A stretch of 63,772 bases of DNA, filler included, from Globobulimina sp. (taxonomy: Eukaryota), in NCBI GenBank assembly GCA_003354225.1. It is 31 parts of 31 records of this genome, joined end to end, with 100 filler letters (N's around TTAATTAATTAA, not from the genome) between each part and the next. Parts side by side here need not be neighbours in the genome. Positions count along the whole stretch, not along the records: positions 61,814 to 63,772 come from PIVH01010201.1; 30 more parts are not named here. One strand, 5' to 3'. Numbering within the stretch: position 1 is the first letter of the stretch; every line of letters begins with the position of its first letter. The notes under the pieces were generated by a model, which was not told the origin of the DNA, did not search any database, and saw nothing but the letters and a program-made list of their open reading frames with translations. Shown piece after piece: positions 62,260 through 63,772 of the stretch. The translations under genes and the position numbers were made by a program.

Positions 62260-63456
62260 ATGAACGAAGCAAACAGTATCACATCTTTGCGTGCCTTTGT
62301 TTCAATTTATTCATCTATATTTTTATGGGTTGGTGCATGGGGTTTACTTGATTCATTATTTGCGACCATTCCAGTAACACACCTCAAAAATACTACCATC
62401 AATTTATCCAAATACTACATTCATTCTCCAATGTTTCTCGTGTGTGGAACATTGCTAATGTTATACATAGGAACACTTTATGAAAACGCCGGTTATGGCG
62501 GAAGTTGGAGAAGACCAATTTATTACAACTCACACTTGAAAACCAAAGTAACTTTGGCTCATTTCGGGCAATTTTTATTTTATTACGGAGCAGCATCTGC
62601 AATTTATCAAATACAGGATACATTTCATATATTTAGTGAGAAAGATATTGTTTACGATGCAGTGACTTATTGTATAGGATTCATCACATTATGTTTGACC
62701 AACTCATTTTGGTGTTTGTCAGGAGTGACTCCGCCATGGTACCAAGCAAAACACATAGAAGCTGATGATTTGTGGCGCAAACACTTCCATTTCATTCTGT
62801 TATCAGTTTTAGTGATTTTTGGATTTTCTATAGGTAAAATCTGTACTACAGATTTTTTGGAAAATTATACTGATGGCAATATCTGGAGAGAGTTGTTTTA
62901 TATTTGTGCGGGTTTGTTGTTATTTGTAAGCACTGGTTCTTTTGTTGCAAATAGTTTGATTTGGACTGATTTGGGTGTCGACAATAAAGGAATGCCGACA
63001 TTGACCACAGCGTTGACATGCAATGCAGAAGAATGTGACAATGAGAAAGTGGTTGAAAAGAAAAGCTCAATACAACTGCAAATGGCTGATGTTGATTATA
63101 ATGCACCTAAATCGACAAAGGGATGGAAATGGTACATATTTATCATATTTTATATTCGAGCGTGGATCAGTTTTGAAGCACAGATACTGCATACAACTGG
63201 AAGTTGGACGCTGTTCGATGAATATTTGTTTGTTTCAACATGGTACAGAAATATTGTTTACGTAATTTTGGGAGCATGCGGGTTACATTGGAGCAAGGCC
63301 TTGTTCATGAAAGCTTGTATAACTCCGTTTAGTGTGCCAGCGCAACCTGATGGACTGATGAGGGCTATGTCTTTGCGAAATCCCATTGCCAGTGATGATA
63401 CAATATATGCTCGCAAACGAAGAGTGTACCGAGCTAAGACTGGGCCAATTATTTAA
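62260..63456 (+). CDS. Multi-pass membrane protein, Fuseless-like
   Basis: Internally repeated motifs WVGAWGLLD and TTGSWTLFDEYL; about 8 TM segments. Confidence 0.55.
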   Translation: MNEANSITSLRAFVSIYSSIFLWVGAWGLLDSLFATIPVTHLKNTTINLSKYYIHSPMFLVCGTLLMLYIGTLYENAGYGGSWRRPIYYNSHLKTKVTLAHFGQFLFYYGAASAIYQIQDTFHIFSEKDIVYDAVTYCIGFITLCLTNSFWCLSGVTPPWYQAKHIEADDLWRKHFHFILLSVLVIFGFSIGKICTTDFLENYTDGNIWRELFYICAGLLLFVSTGSFVANSLIWTDLGVDNKGMPTLTTALTCNAEECDNEKVVEKKSSIQLQMADVDYNAPKSTKGWKWYIFIIFYIRAWISFEAQILHTTGSWTLFDEYLFVSTWYRNIVYVILGACGLHWSKALFMKACITPFSVPAQPDGLMRAMSLRNPIASDDTIYARKRRVYRAKTGPII

Positions 63457-63772
63457 CTTAATGATGACTAGCTCACTTCAAAAAAAACTTAAACGACAAA
63501 TGTTTAGAAAGATTGCATAAACCACAAAGGAGACTAAACTCAATCAACTTGGAATTCGTAAATGGATTTTGTATATATACAGTATATTTATAAACAAATG
63601 GAACAGAACCAACGCCAAAAAAATCTATTTATTGATTCAAATTTGTTTATTGAGTCAAATCGTGACATTCAACGCCATTATAAATGTTATGAATTGCGCT
63701 GCTTTGAATAATATTCTCTTCTGACACTTTCTTTACTTTTTCAATGATTTTATTCCATCGATTATTTTCTTT

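Noticed and set aside
1-63772. Operon, gene cluster or defence-island reading of gene order
   Set aside because: Contigs are unrelated and sorted by length, and the genes are eukaryotic with introns

Overview
This is not one continuous locus. It is 31 unrelated contigs of about 1.96 kb (sorted by length, 1962 down to 1959 bp) joined by artificial 100-bp spacers (N44-TTAATTAATTAA-N44), so gene order across spacers means nothing and most genes are cut off. The DNA is mostly from an AT-rich microbial eukaryote using the standard code, with short (about 54-73 nt) GT-AG introns and very compact, often head-to-head genes. Gene content (TRAF/RING, SPRY, SAM, MATH, 7TM families) and intron style suggest a foraminiferan or other rhizarian; this is an inference. 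Recognisable products: two aldo-keto reductases, DcpS, DPP8/9-like peptidase, phospholipase B, NAGLU, SulP, PH-ArfGAP-Ank, dual-specificity phosphatase, an alliinase/TAA1-like aminotransferase and a GS-I-like ligase. Mobile DNA includes several MITEs, LINE fragments and a Helentron-type (HINE/DINE-1-like) element. Two contigs carry bacterial-looking fragments joined to eukaryotic DNA, probably chimeras. The best leads are: two plant-like PLS-class PPR proteins (possible organellar RNA-editing family), an ankyrin-Hint/Vint autoprocessing protein, an RBR-type ligase with a FYVE finger nested inside its IBR domain, and a tRNA-derived Pol III unit inside the HINE-like element. All family calls come from motif recognition by eye, not database searches.
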